The notes: generated by a model from the sequence alone, not told the origin. DNA of 47,242 nt from a virus (IMGVR_UViG_3300012940_000036:1-47242); one strand, 5' to 3'. Positions 1-8,774 are shown, counted from the stretch's first letter. Numbers and translations are program-made.

Positions 1-1
1 C

Positions 2-445
2 TGCATCTCGCCCAACCAGGGCCGGCCGCTGAACTTCGGCGAGTTCCCCAGCGCCGAGTACCAGGCGCTGGCGGTCCACGGCAACGGCAGGATCGACGGC
101 CGCGCCTTCCTCAAGACCCGCGCTGGCACCCTGAAGCCGGCGGCCGGCAAGGACGTGGCGCTGATCCCGGCGACGCGCTACATGGCGCCGCTGTACAAGG
201 CCTACCAGGAGCGGCGGCCGCTAGGCGAGCCCGACACCCGGGCGAAGATCTACACCCGCACGGTGCGCGCCGACGCCGAGGGCCGTTTCAGCTTCGCCCA
301 GGTGCCGGCGGGGCGCTATTACCTGAGCTGCGAAGTGACCTGGGAAACCACCGGCGCCAACGGCCCGACCACGGTGGGCGCCACCGTCATGGCGCCGCTG
401 ATGCTGCGCGAGGGCGAGGAAGTCCAGGTCGAGTTGACGCGCTGA
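2..445 (+). CDS. Host gene, 5'-truncated; probable lipoprotein with a carboxypeptidase-regulatory-like beta-sandwich domain
   Basis: Frame is open from base 2 (CISPNQGRPLNFGEFPSAEY...) into ORF 155..445; contains ADAEGRFSFAQVPAGRYYL; host-like high-GC codons; lies outside attL. Confidence 0.6.
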   Translation, partial: CISPNQGRPLNFGEFPSAEYQALAVHGNGRIDGRAFLKTRAGTLKPAAGKDVALIPATRYMAPLYKAYQERRPLGEPDTRAKIYTRTVRADAEGRFSFAQVPAGRYYLSCEVTWETTGANGPTTVGATVMAPLMLREGEEVQVELTR

Positions 446-484
446 GCCGCCGACGGGGTGTGCCCGGGCGGCGGGCAAAGTGGG

Positions 485-490
485 TACAAT
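485..490 (+). promoter_or_regulatory. Probable -10 element (TACAAT) of the native queD promoter, now pointing into the integrase
   Basis: TACAAT about 40 bp upstream of the old TTG start; no convincing -35. Confidence 0.35.
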
Positions 491-532
491 GAGCGGTTGC
501 AATTGCCCACTGATGATCTGAAGGCCACCTCT

Positions 533-547
533 TGGAACTGTTCAAGG
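533..547 (+). repeat. attL core TGGAACTGTTCAAGG, overlapping the displaced original queD start (TTG at 532)
   Basis: Identical to 47052-47066; similarity extends to 25 bp with 3 mismatches; reads L/M-E-L-F-K like the QueD N-terminus. Confidence 0.92.
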
Positions 548-622
548 GTTCCACTTTTCCTTCCCGCCAAAAACCGGCGAGCACCACGAAACCTGCAAAA
601 GCGCTTCTTCAGCAGGATTCGC

Positions 623-640
623 AGTGTCACCGAGTGTCAC
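623..640 (+). repeat. AGTGTCAC direct repeat with 10-bp period; candidate excisionase binding sites
   Basis: Copies at 623-630 and 633-640, between the att core and the arm sites. Confidence 0.45.
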
Positions 641-661
641 GAAGAACCTTCCCAGCCCACG

Positions 662-687
662 CCAATTAGTACATCCTCCAGTACACC
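662..687 (+). promoter_or_regulatory. Integrase arm-type sites, left arm (tandem YAGTACA)
   Basis: 22/26 identical to 46972-46997; an inverted copy TGTACTA lies at 709-715. Confidence 0.7.
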
Positions 688-715
688 CAACTGAACCGGA
701 CTGGAGAATGTACTA

Positions 716-1891
716 GTGGCGCTCACGGACACCGCCGTGCGGCAAGCCAAGCCAAAGGAAAAGGCTTACACGCTTGCCGACTCTCTCGGGCTCACTCTCT
801 ATATCGCCGCCAGCGGCGTGAAAAGCTGGCACTTCCGCTTCACCTGGCTGGGCAAGCAGGCTCGCATATCGCTGGGGACATACCCCGAGATCGGATTGAA
901 GGAGGCACGAACGCGTCGGGACGAGGCCCGCGAGGAGGTCGCAAACGGAATTGATCCGCGCGAATCAAGGAAGGAAAAGAAAACGGAGAGACTTGAGGCC
1001 AGCGGCCAGACCTTCAAGAAGGTCTATGAGGAATGGTTCAAGTTCAGGGAGGGAGATATTGCGGAGGGAACAAGGAAGGGAATTCGGATTGCGATGGACA
1101 ATGACGTTCTGCCGGCCTTCGGTAAGCGCCAGATCAAGTCCATCAGTCGAGCCGAGATCATCACGCTGATCAGGAAGATCGAGGACAGGGGCGCCATCAC
1201 CTCGGCAGTTAAGACACGACAATGGATTGGCCAGGTGTTCAAGTACGCCATCGCCACCGGCGTGGCTGAATCCAACCCGACAGCAGAGATGCATACCGTC
1301 ACTGAGAAGATAGACGTCTATAAGCACCGGCCATTCGTCGACTTCGACGAGATGCCGAGGATCATGAAGGCCATCCGTGAATGCGAAACTGGCCACATGT
1401 ACATCACGGCCACGCTACTGATGATCTACACCGCCTGCAGGCCTGGAGAGGTGCGCTATGCCGAGTGGGCCGAGATCGACCTTGAATCGGCAACCTGGAC
1501 TATCCCGGCCACCAGGATGAAGGCGCGTCGCGACCACGTCATCCCGCTGTCGCGCCAGGCTATCCAACTACTGGAATCCATGCTGCCCTTCTCCAAGGGA
1601 CTCCAGTATGTCTTCCCGAACCGGAACGACATCAGTCGGCCAATGGGCGTGAACTACGCCACCGAGACCATGAATGCCTGCGGCTACCGCGGCCAGCAGT
1701 CACCGCACGGCTTCCGGCACATGTTCTCGACGGAAATGAACCACCGCGGCTACAACCGCGACTGGATCGAAAAGCAACTGGCCCACACCGATCCCAGCAT
1801 CATCCGTGAGACCTACAACCACGCGACCTACCTGGAGCAGCGGCGCGGCATGATGCAGGAGTGGGCTGACAGCATCACGCCGTGGGATTGA
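716..1891 (+). CDS. int: P4-like tyrosine integrase with N-terminal arm-binding domain
   Basis: MALTDTAVRQAKPKEKAYTLADSLGL N-terminus; catalytic motifs TACRPGE, HGFRH, QLAH and ETYNHA; GGAG RBS. Confidence 0.96.
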   Translation: MALTDTAVRQAKPKEKAYTLADSLGLTLYIAASGVKSWHFRFTWLGKQARISLGTYPEIGLKEARTRRDEAREEVANGIDPRESRKEKKTERLEASGQTFKKVYEEWFKFREGDIAEGTRKGIRIAMDNDVLPAFGKRQIKSISRAEIITLIRKIEDRGAITSAVKTRQWIGQVFKYAIATGVAESNPTAEMHTVTEKIDVYKHRPFVDFDEMPRIMKAIRECETGHMYITATLLMIYTACRPGEVRYAEWAEIDLESATWTIPATRMKARRDHVIPLSRQAIQLLESMLPFSKGLQYVFPNRNDISRPMGVNYATETMNACGYRGQQSPHGFRHMFSTEMNHRGYNRDWIEKQLAHTDPSIIRETYNHATYLEQRRGMMQEWADSITPWD

Positions 1892-1909
1892 GCCTCCGTT
1901 CTGGGCGCC

Positions 1910-2422
1910 CTACTCCCCCAAGATTTTCCTGACATACCCCTGGCACGCCATCAACTGCCGGATGGCATCGTCACCTCGATTGGCTATGGCGACAATTCGA
2001 TCAGCAGATCCTGGGTCAAGGTCGGCTCGACCGTCTGCATGATCCACGCCTCCGGTGCCGGCGGCGGTGGACACGTCGGTGGAGGAACTGCAACCACTGA
2101 CCTTGACTGACAGCCTGCGCTGAGCAGTGAGCAGGTCAGCACGAAGCTGAGCATTCTGATGCTGGGCATCGGTGTACTCCTGGTATCGGGTAGCGGAATC
2201 CTGCTGGACAGCCTTGGCAAGCGCCTGACGCTGTTCGTTGGCTTCCTGCTGGGCCTTTGCCGTGGCGAGGTTGATCGTACTCAGATCAGCCTGGAAAGCG
2301 GCCTGCTGCTGCTCGATCTGCTGGCCCAGCCTCCAGCCGTTTGAAAGCCAGCCAGAAGCGAAGGCGCAGAGCAGGACCGCTACCAGGGCCAGGGGCTTCC
2401 AGTAGCTGAGCAGCCAGGTCAT
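1910..2422 (-). CDS. Rz-like inner-membrane spanin
   Basis: N-terminal TM helix, coiled coil, RRLSVKV...C and C-terminal ACQGYV; directly downstream of the endolysin. Confidence 0.88.
   Translation of the reverse strand: MTWLLSYWKPLALVAVLLCAFASGWLSNGWRLGQQIEQQQAAFQADLSTINLATAKAQQEANEQRQALAKAVQQDSATRYQEYTDAQHQNAQLRADLLTAQRRLSVKVSGCSSSTDVSTAAGTGGVDHADGRADLDPGSADRIVAIANRGDDAIRQLMACQGYVRKILGE
1984..2169 (-). CDS. Rz1-like outer-membrane lipoprotein spanin embedded in Rz
   Basis: GGAG RBS, lipobox LLSAG-C, proline-rich mature part, alternative frame inside Rz. Confidence 0.85.
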   Translation of the reverse strand: MPSIRMLSFVLTCSLLSAGCQSRSVVAVPPPTCPPPPAPEAWIMQTVEPTLTQDLLIELSP

Positions 2423-2952
2423 GCCAGCACCGCCTTCGCCTTCTCCCAGAGCGCCAGGCGATCAGCCTGACCGTTCAGGCCACCGTTGATGCGCCGGGTG
2501 ATGTCCTCGAAGCGGCCGGCATCGGCCAGCTCGTTCAGGCCGTGGCTCGACCACCACCAAGCGGCAGATGCAGCTGCCCACTCGGCCTGCTCCAGCAGTT
2601 CAGGCTGGTCGAGCAACGGTAGGCCCAGGGCGGCGCCAGCTTTCCGGTAATTCTCCCGGCCGGTAATCTGGATCAGGCCGCGGCCCTTGAATCTGGCCCC
2701 GTCGCCCGGCTGGGTATTGCCCAGGTCCTTCCGGCCCTCGTAGCGCTGCTGCGCCGCCGTCGGGCCCCAGATCTCGCGCACGTAGCGCAACTGGCCAGAT
2801 TCGTGGCCGATCTGAGCGAGGAAAGCGGCCTGGCGTACCGGCGAGTCGATCCGGTAGCGCTGCATCGCGCGGTTGAGCGCAGGAACGAAAACGCCGGCTC
2901 GAGGGCCGGCGTTCGGGAGGATGCGCAGGAGTTGCGCTTCAGTGAGGGGCAT
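2419..2952 (-). CDS. Endolysin, glycoside hydrolase family 19
   Basis: FLAQIGHESG, FKGRGLIQITGRENY and ITRRINGGLNG motifs. Confidence 0.95.
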   Translation of the reverse strand: MPLTEAQLLRILPNAGPRAGVFVPALNRAMQRYRIDSPVRQAAFLAQIGHESGQLRYVREIWGPTAAQQRYEGRKDLGNTQPGDGARFKGRGLIQITGRENYRKAGAALGLPLLDQPELLEQAEWAAASAAWWWSSHGLNELADAGRFEDITRRINGGLNGQADRLALWEKAKAVLA

Positions 2953-3359
2953 CACTCCACCTCCGGCGCAACTGGCCACTGAATATCTGTCGGCCAGCCA
3001 GGCTGCTGGTCAAGTCGGTTCAGTGAAATGCGGTACTGCTTCCAAGCCTTGAGTTCAGCTTGTTCGCTCGTGGTTGCTTCTTCGAGGTCGACGGCATCCT
3101 GCAGCGGTGCAATTTGCTGAGACGCCCAGACCATAAGGGCTGCTCGATGCCCACCTGCAATCGCCTCAAGCTCTTCTTCAGTCGGTGGTGGCGGCGGAGA
3201 AAACTCTCCGTCTTCATAGACCCAGCCAACTAAAGGATCTGCATTCTCCGGGATCTCTACCCACACCAGGTCCGGATGGAACATTTCCGTGATATCGCCA
3301 TCGGTCGCAAACAGCTCAACGACCTCGACACCATCAATGCGTGCATAGGTCTTCATCAT
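2952..3359 (-). CDS. Tail fibre assembly chaperone
   Basis: IAPLQDAVDL, WKQYRISLNR and IQWPVAP motifs; follows the fibre gene. Confidence 0.88.
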   Translation of the reverse strand: MMKTYARIDGVEVVELFATDGDITEMFHPDLVWVEIPENADPLVGWVYEDGEFSPPPPPTEEELEAIAGGHRAALMVWASQQIAPLQDAVDLEEATTSEQAELKAWKQYRISLNRLDQQPGWPTDIQWPVAPEVE

Positions 3360-4219
3360 GCGTACTCCCAAACGATGACACAGCCGTTTTCGCCGGTGTT
3401 GCCATTAACTGCAGATGCGCTTGCCCCCGTGTAAACACCACTCGCTCCGAGACCAGCGCCAATGGGAGTGGTTTGCAGAGGGAGGAATCCTGTGGCATTC
3501 CCCCAGGCCGCCCCCAAAGCGTTGTTGCTTGCGAATGATCCGATGGCCTGCAGTATCCCGGAGCCTGTTGGAGATCCAGAGCCAGAGCCGCCAAGCGAAA
3601 TGACCGGGGTGGCTCCAACTAGCACGCCGGTACCCGCCCCGCGGCCACCTGGGCACGACAGAAGGGCGCCAAAGGACGTGGTGCCGCCGTTCCCGCCTGC
3701 CGTGGTTGGCCCGCCTGCACTTCCTCCTGCCCCCACCGTTACGGTCACGCCGGAGAAACCAGAGAGATAACGGGCCTTCGCATAAGCTCCATTACTGCCA
3801 GGAGCCGAAAGGCCGCTCTGGGAAGCGTTCGTAGCCGGTGCTCCACCGCTACCACCACCAGCGCCGACTGCTTCGACCACCACGGATTTTGTGCCTGTCG
3901 TTGGGGTATAGACAGATGATCCAGCCGTACTGAATACGCGCACGCCAATCAGGCGCCCCGCAGTAGCACTCTTCAACCCGTCCAGAATGGTTGCGGTCGT
4001 ACCATCATCGATAACATCAGCACCCGTGTTATCGGCGATGAGTTGAGCGAGAACGGCAGCCATAATCGAGGACTGCCGCCAAACCTTATTCAGCTCGGCT
4101 GACTTTGCCACGCCAGCAGAAAAGCCAGCCGTTCTGGCGGCCAGGGCTGCATAGGCTGCCTGAGTGAGGACGTTCGAACCCGCCCCGCCGGCGAACGGCA
4201 GGAAATCGTTAGTTGCCAT
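3356..4219 (-). CDS. Short glycine-rich tail fibre protein
   Basis: MATNDFLPFA baseplate-anchoring N-terminus followed by a Gly-rich domain; position. Confidence 0.8.
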   Translation of the reverse strand: MATNDFLPFAGGAGSNVLTQAAYAALAARTAGFSAGVAKSAELNKVWRQSSIMAAVLAQLIADNTGADVIDDGTTATILDGLKSATAGRLIGVRVFSTAGSSVYTPTTGTKSVVVEAVGAGGGSGGAPATNASQSGLSAPGSNGAYAKARYLSGFSGVTVTVGAGGSAGGPTTAGGNGGTTSFGALLSCPGGRGAGTGVLVGATPVISLGGSGSGSPTGSGILQAIGSFASNNALGAAWGNATGFLPLQTTPIGAGLGASGVYTGASASAVNGNTGENGCVIVWEYA

Positions 4220-4231
4220 GTAGTGCTCCCG

Positions 4232-4894
4232 TCAGGAGTAGACAGTTCCCCAGCTTCCTTGGTCGAAGCCGGAGATGAATTGGTTGGAAACGTCGAAACC
4301 GAATAGAGGAGCGTCTGTATTGGTGACGACGTAGTAGTCCACGCGGACGCCTTCTGGTTTGATCGGGATGTAGCCGCCGGTAAGCAGGGCTAGGGCAATG
4401 GCGGACGGAGGCTCTCCGGAAGCGCCGATGGTCATCGACATGTCCTGGTTGTCTTGGAGAAATACGTAGGTGTCGCCGCCGAAAACCAGATCGAGAATCG
4501 CCTTTGAGCCACTCATCGTGCCGTCCCAACGATTCGCACCGATCTTCGCCCTGATCAGGATCCGATAGGTTTCGTCGTCGAGCTCAACAACGCCACTGTC
4601 AGGATCGTACGGCCCTTTCCAGACGCCCTGATCAAGCCCAACGCCCGCCGTATCGAAGGCGAAATAGACGCCCACTAGGGGCGTATTCACCCGGCGACCT
4701 ATGCCAACCCAGAGCCCAACGACATCCAGCTGCGCGCCGATTGCCTGGTCCAGGTCGAAGTCCTTAGGGAGCTGCGCCGAGGAGTTCAGAGCGTCGACCA
4801 TCGGGCCCAGCACCGCCTCGATCATCGCCATGTACTTCGGCTTGTCGGCGTGCTCCGTAGTGATCAGCGCGAGATAATCGGAAAGGCTCGCCAT
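4232..4894 (-). CDS. Baseplate wedge protein (DUF2612-like)
   Basis: FDLDQAIGAQLDVVGLWVG and LDDETYRILIRAKI motifs. Confidence 0.85.
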   Translation of the reverse strand: MASLSDYLALITTEHADKPKYMAMIEAVLGPMVDALNSSAQLPKDFDLDQAIGAQLDVVGLWVGIGRRVNTPLVGVYFAFDTAGVGLDQGVWKGPYDPDSGVVELDDETYRILIRAKIGANRWDGTMSGSKAILDLVFGGDTYVFLQDNQDMSMTIGASGEPPSAIALALLTGGYIPIKPEGVRVDYYVVTNTDAPLFGFDVSNQFISGFDQGSWGTVYS

Positions 4895-4897
4895 GGG

Positions 4898-6076
4898 TCA
4901 GGTCACCGTTATCGTTACAGCGGATGGAGAGCACTGGGCTGCCTGGTTGAATGCGAGCGGCACGTCTGGACTACCTGCCCCGCCCGGTCCAGCAAGCGCC
5001 AGGCTGGTGATCTTGAAGGTGGTGTTGTTCGGAACGCTGTTCGCTGCGGTGATCGCGTCCGCCCACTCCACCGACTTGCTCAGACCGCCGCCTATTGCCA
5101 CCGAGTTGATGTAGTCAGAAACGGCTTGTTGGACGGCTGCGCCAGTGACTGAGCTGTAGCCAGCCAAGGCTTTAATCGTCAGTGCAACCGTCAGGGCTTG
5201 GTAGGTTGGCCGGTAAAAGCGAATGGTCAGCGGACGGCCGTACACATCCGTCACGCCTTGCGACGTTGTCCCATAGGTGCCGGTTCCTGGAGTTTTCTTG
5301 TCGGCGATCGCCTGCGCGATGGCGGCGGCATCCCCTCCCTCCACCACGAGCGAGATAGAGTGCGCGGGAATGCCGTTGGCGTCCGTCGAGTTGGTGTCGT
5401 TTTCGTAGGTAGCCAGGCGAGTCACGCCGACGATGTTCGCCACCGCCCCCGAGGTTCCCTCCAGCACCGTCCGAGAAGGAAGCGCCACCGATACCTGCTG
5501 CCGCTGGCGGAGGGCTGAGTCAGTCTCAACCGGAGCGCCAGGGTCGGCCGCTGAAGGGTTGGTGACCGTCTGCCAGCCGCGCGTCGGCGTCGCGATCACA
5601 TTGACCTGGCCAATGCCGGCGGAGATTGCGCCCATCTCGGTGCAGGTAGCTGTGACGGTGATTTCGCCCCCCGGCGGGATCGTCACGGTGGCCGGAAGTG
5701 CCCAGTTGAAGCCGGCCACGTCCCGGGCGATACCCTGAGTAATCACGGTGCCAGCCTGGCCGACGACCTTTAGATCCACCTGGGAGTTCGTGGCCACCGC
5801 ACGCGCGATCCCGTTGATCTTCACGTTGCTGGACAGGCCGTTGCCCTGCCCAGTCAGCGGAGAGAACGAGTTATAGGCGGCGATGGTCGCGGCGTTCGCA
5901 TCACTGATGGCCAACGCGAGCACGCCCAGGAATTGGCCATCCTGGCTGTCGTTGCCAAGATAGACGTCCGCCCCGTAGATCGAGCGGTACTGCTGCTGGA
6001 GGTAGTCCAACACCTCGGCATAGCTGGGCGCCGAGATGCCGTTGGCGTCGATGATCGGTGCGGTCGAAGAGGCCAT
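4898..6076 (-). CDS. Baseplate J / gp47-like protein
   Basis: DSQDGQ and ETDSALRQR motifs, size and position. Confidence 0.9.
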   Translation of the reverse strand: MASSTAPIIDANGISAPSYAEVLDYLQQQYRSIYGADVYLGNDSQDGQFLGVLALAISDANAATIAAYNSFSPLTGQGNGLSSNVKINGIARAVATNSQVDLKVVGQAGTVITQGIARDVAGFNWALPATVTIPPGGEITVTATCTEMGAISAGIGQVNVIATPTRGWQTVTNPSAADPGAPVETDSALRQRQQVSVALPSRTVLEGTSGAVANIVGVTRLATYENDTNSTDANGIPAHSISLVVEGGDAAAIAQAIADKKTPGTGTYGTTSQGVTDVYGRPLTIRFYRPTYQALTVALTIKALAGYSSVTGAAVQQAVSDYINSVAIGGGLSKSVEWADAITAANSVPNNTTFKITSLALAGPGGAGSPDVPLAFNQAAQCSPSAVTITVT

Positions 6077-6430
6077 TCAGAGCGTCTCGCTGATAGTGGT
6101 CTGGCCGTAGGCCGTGGTGATCGTGCAGGTGATCGTCAGCTTCCGGCTGTTCGGCTCGAACTCGCTGTCGTAGCTGTCGATCTGCTCTACGCCCTGGGTG
6201 CCGAGGATTCGATTCCGGATGGCCATGTCGTATGTCGCCCTGGTGTGTTCGCCAAGCACTTCGGTCTGCCAAGGCGTGCCGTCGGCAGTGTCGACGAACC
6301 ACTCACCCTTGAAGAGCTGCAGGCGCGTCAGCACGGCCTGGCCAACCGCCTCCGGGGAATCCACGAGGAAATCCGCACGGCCACCGCCGAAGGTGTAGTC
6401 GCCGTCGGCATCGAGCTTTCGGTATCGCAT
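6077..6430 (-). CDS. Baseplate gp46/W-like protein
   Basis: MRYRKLDADGDY and RLQLFKGEWFVD motifs; position before J. Confidence 0.8.
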   Translation of the reverse strand: MRYRKLDADGDYTFGGGRADFLVDSPEAVGQAVLTRLQLFKGEWFVDTADGTPWQTEVLGEHTRATYDMAIRNRILGTQGVEQIDSYDSEFEPNSRKLTITCTITTAYGQTTISETL

Positions 6431-6432
6431 CG

Positions 6433-6579
6433 TCACCACCAGCGCACGGCAGTGACCAGCGGGGCGGATGCCCACATCACGCCGATCAGTAGAACAGTCC
6501 ACGCCATGCGGCGCAGGCAGGGCGTTTTAGCGATGAGCTGTAGCACTTTGCGTACCTCTACATTGAGGTTAAAATTCAT
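6433..6579 (-). CDS. 48-aa single-TM peptide MNFNLNVEVRKVLQLIAKTPCLRRMAWTVLLIGVMWASAPLVTAVRWW (absent from the ORF track)
   Basis: Translated by hand; upstream GGAG; fills the gap exactly to the next gene; hydrophobic C-terminus. Confidence 0.65.
   Translation of the reverse strand: MNFNLNVEVRKVLQLIAKTPCLRRMAWTVLLIGVMWASAPLVTAVRWW
6548..6575 (+). promoter_or_regulatory. Candidate sigma70 promoter for an antisense RNA (TTGCGT-16-TAAAAT)
   Basis: Near-consensus hexamers in an AT-rich patch, facing a terminator about 75 nt away. Confidence 0.5.
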
Positions 6580-6615
6580 CCAATTTCTTCTCCCAGGTCT
6601 GATGGGGGTTGGAAT

Positions 6616-6656
6616 AAAAAGCCCCGAGTGTTGCGAGCACTCGGGGCTTTTGCTTT
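6616..6656. terminator. Bidirectional intrinsic terminator
   Basis: Perfect 14-bp stem AAAAGCCCCGAGTG/CACTCGGGGCTTTT. Confidence 0.85.
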
Positions 6657-6700
6657 CTGTCTCTGTACTAGTGAGGTTTTTTGTCCATATAGGAGGCCAA

Positions 6701-7381
6701 TTACGGTACCGGGGTGCTGCTTGTGCCCGTCCCTGCGGTAACGCCAGAGGTTCGGTGGGACTGCAAGCTGATTGTCCCGGCCTTTACGTCACCGGTGGTG
6801 TCGACGCGACCGTTCACCTTCACGTCCCCGTTGATCGTGACCAGAGGCGCAGAGAGCGCCATCGGACCAGTCGTGGTGGCGTTCACGGCATGCGTGCTCG
6901 GATTGATCTCGACAAAGGCGATACCGTCATCGCTTCTGAGCTGAGCCGAGTTGGTGCTCACGGCGCCGATGACCCGCGGCTGAGACCGAAAGCCCAGCAG
7001 AGCGAACCCGTCGGACAGGTCGTGCATGCGCAGTTCGGCCTGCGCCTGGATGCCGCCTGACTGCCACCAGGAGTCGATGCAGCGCGAGGCGAACACCACC
7101 AGGCACTCGTCGTTCGGCTTTACCGGGAAGGTGAGCGTGCAGCCACCGCCGGCCGGGAACTGCACCGGGCAGTCCAGCAGCAGCGGCAGGTTGACCGGCG
7201 ACAGGTTGCCGGCCTCGTCGCGCACCAGGGCCTGGATGGCCGGCTGCACCACGCACGTCATGGCAACCGCGTCGAAGCTCTGGATAATTCCCGGTAGCGC
7301 GGTCCATAGTTTCGACTGCAGGCCGTTGAAAGCCACGGCAAGCCAACGGATTGGGTCGTCCATTCGTTCAAGAGGATTCAA
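6701..7381 (-). CDS. Baseplate spike protein (Gp138-like)
   Basis: TALPGIIQSFD, GGGCTLTFPVKPNDECLVVF, RMHDLSDGFA and C-terminal SLQSHRT; start uncertain (7381 TTG or 7363 ATG). Confidence 0.85.
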   Translation of the reverse strand: MNPLERMDDPIRWLAVAFNGLQSKLWTALPGIIQSFDAVAMTCVVQPAIQALVRDEAGNLSPVNLPLLLDCPVQFPAGGGCTLTFPVKPNDECLVVFASRCIDSWWQSGGIQAQAELRMHDLSDGFALLGFRSQPRVIGAVSTNSAQLRSDDGIAFVEINPSTHAVNATTTGPMALSAPLVTINGDVKVNGRVDTTGDVKAGTISLQSHRTSGVTAGTGTSSTPVP

Positions 7382-7392
7382 GGAGAGTCACC

Positions 7393-7764
7393 GTGAAGAA
7401 AGCAATTTTGATGGGCGCTCTGCTGGTAGCAGCGCCTGCTTTTGCAGAAACAGTTCTTTTCGATCCGGGCGAAGGCAGGCAATACGTGGGCGAAGAGTTT
7501 GATGCGCGATCCGCAAAGCAAGTGCTCTACCTGGACCGCCCCTGCCAGCTTCCGATCGTCAATGCCAAAGACATGCGTGAATACACCACCACCGCCATAG
7601 CCATCCCAATGAAGGCGTGCTGGGGAAAGCTTCTTGGCGGCGAGGTGGTAATTGTTTTCGAGAATGGAATGACGAGGCGGTCATCAGAGTCAGCCTATGT
7701 AGTGGCTGAGGTGGACAAGAAAGGAAACGCCAGGATCGTTAAGTCCATTTACAAGCGACATTAG
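7393..7764 (+). CDS. Moron: exported protein with signal peptide
   Basis: AGGAGA RBS, GTG start, MKKAILMGALLVAAPAFA signal, two Cys, opposite strand, lower GC. Confidence 0.75.
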   Translation: MKKAILMGALLVAAPAFAETVLFDPGEGRQYVGEEFDARSAKQVLYLDRPCQLPIVNAKDMREYTTTAIAIPMKACWGKLLGGEVVIVFENGMTRRSSESAYVVAEVDKKGNARIVKSIYKRH

Positions 7765-8744
7765 CCATAGGGTTTGACGGGGCCTGGCTCAGCAATAACT
7801 CCTGGTATCCCGACCCCGGCCTTGACCATTCCCTGATTGCTAACCGTTGTATCTACAGATATGCAGATCACGTCGGTATACCACTCATTACCTCTCGTAT
7901 CGCCGACGTGATTTGCGACCAAAACTTTATAGAACCCGTCAGCATCCAGGTTTATCTGCTGAAGCATAAAGCGTACATCAGCTTCATCTAGCTCGGCCGG
8001 GCTAAGCCGTAGCCGTTGAATGCTGGCGTTGTTGATCTGCAGCCGGCGACCGCAGCGAACCGCAGGATTCAGCAGCATCTTCACATTGACACCGTTTTGG
8101 GTCTGCTCCGGCAGGCCCACCATCCCTGTTTCCGAGTTAACCACCACGGCCTCGCCGGGCAGGTAGGCGGTGTTCGGGATCAGCGTCATCTTGCCGTCCT
8201 GGAAGCTCCAGCTGATGTCCTGCGTCTTCCCCAGGGCATCCAGGTAGTCGCGCGTCATGCCAAACATGACCTTGCCGCGCGGCAGCTTGTTGGTCGGTAG
8301 CGGCGGCCGCTCACCCATCGTGATACCGCGCGACTCCATTGCCTTCATGGCGGCCTGAAGGTGGTCTTCTGGCGTAGACCCAGCGGCCAGCGACGTATTG
8401 ATCACGGCCCAGTTGTAGGCGCTGTCGCCATCCGCTGCCGTGATATCCAAGTAAGTGTCGGTCTGGCTTTCCCGGCCGCGCCGCACTTGCTTGATGGTGC
8501 CGTCGAAGATCACCCCAAAGTTGCCGGCGTAGCCTGCCTGCAGGACCAGCCGGGAAAACTCCCGTAGGTCAGCCTTCTTGGCAGTCTCGGCGCTGACGTT
8601 ATAAACGCGGATGTCGGCCGTGTTTGGCGTCGAGACATCTCCACGGCGCACCGAGAACCGGATGCGCAGATTGGACAGGTCGAGGCCTTCCTGGTCGTTG
8701 CCGATCTTCAGGCTGATTTGGCGCAGGTATTGGGGTACGCTCAT
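7761..8744 (-). CDS. Baseplate hub protein (Mu gp44-like)
   Basis: PNTADIRVYN, LQAGY and GDTRGNEWY motifs; position. Confidence 0.82.
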   Translation of the reverse strand: MSVPQYLRQISLKIGNDQEGLDLSNLRIRFSVRRGDVSTPNTADIRVYNVSAETAKKADLREFSRLVLQAGYAGNFGVIFDGTIKQVRRGRESQTDTYLDITAADGDSAYNWAVINTSLAAGSTPEDHLQAAMKAMESRGITMGERPPLPTNKLPRGKVMFGMTRDYLDALGKTQDISWSFQDGKMTLIPNTAYLPGEAVVVNSETGMVGLPEQTQNGVNVKMLLNPAVRCGRRLQINNASIQRLRLSPAELDEADVRFMLQQINLDADGFYKVLVANHVGDTRGNEWYTDVICISVDTTVSNQGMVKAGVGIPGVIAEPGPVKPYG

Positions 8745-8774
8745 TAGGTTTAGACCATAAGAGAGGGAATTCTG

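Noticed and set aside
461-477. TGCCCG/CGGGCA hairpin as terminator of the host lipoprotein gene
   Set aside because: Short stem with no U tract on the plus strand
2952-4219. Diversity-generating retroelement or invertible tail-fibre system
   Set aside because: No reverse transcriptase, invertase or template/variable repeat pair seen
6665-6674. TGTACTAGTG matching 709-718 at the int start
   Set aside because: Single 10-bp match without the paired arm-site context; likely chance
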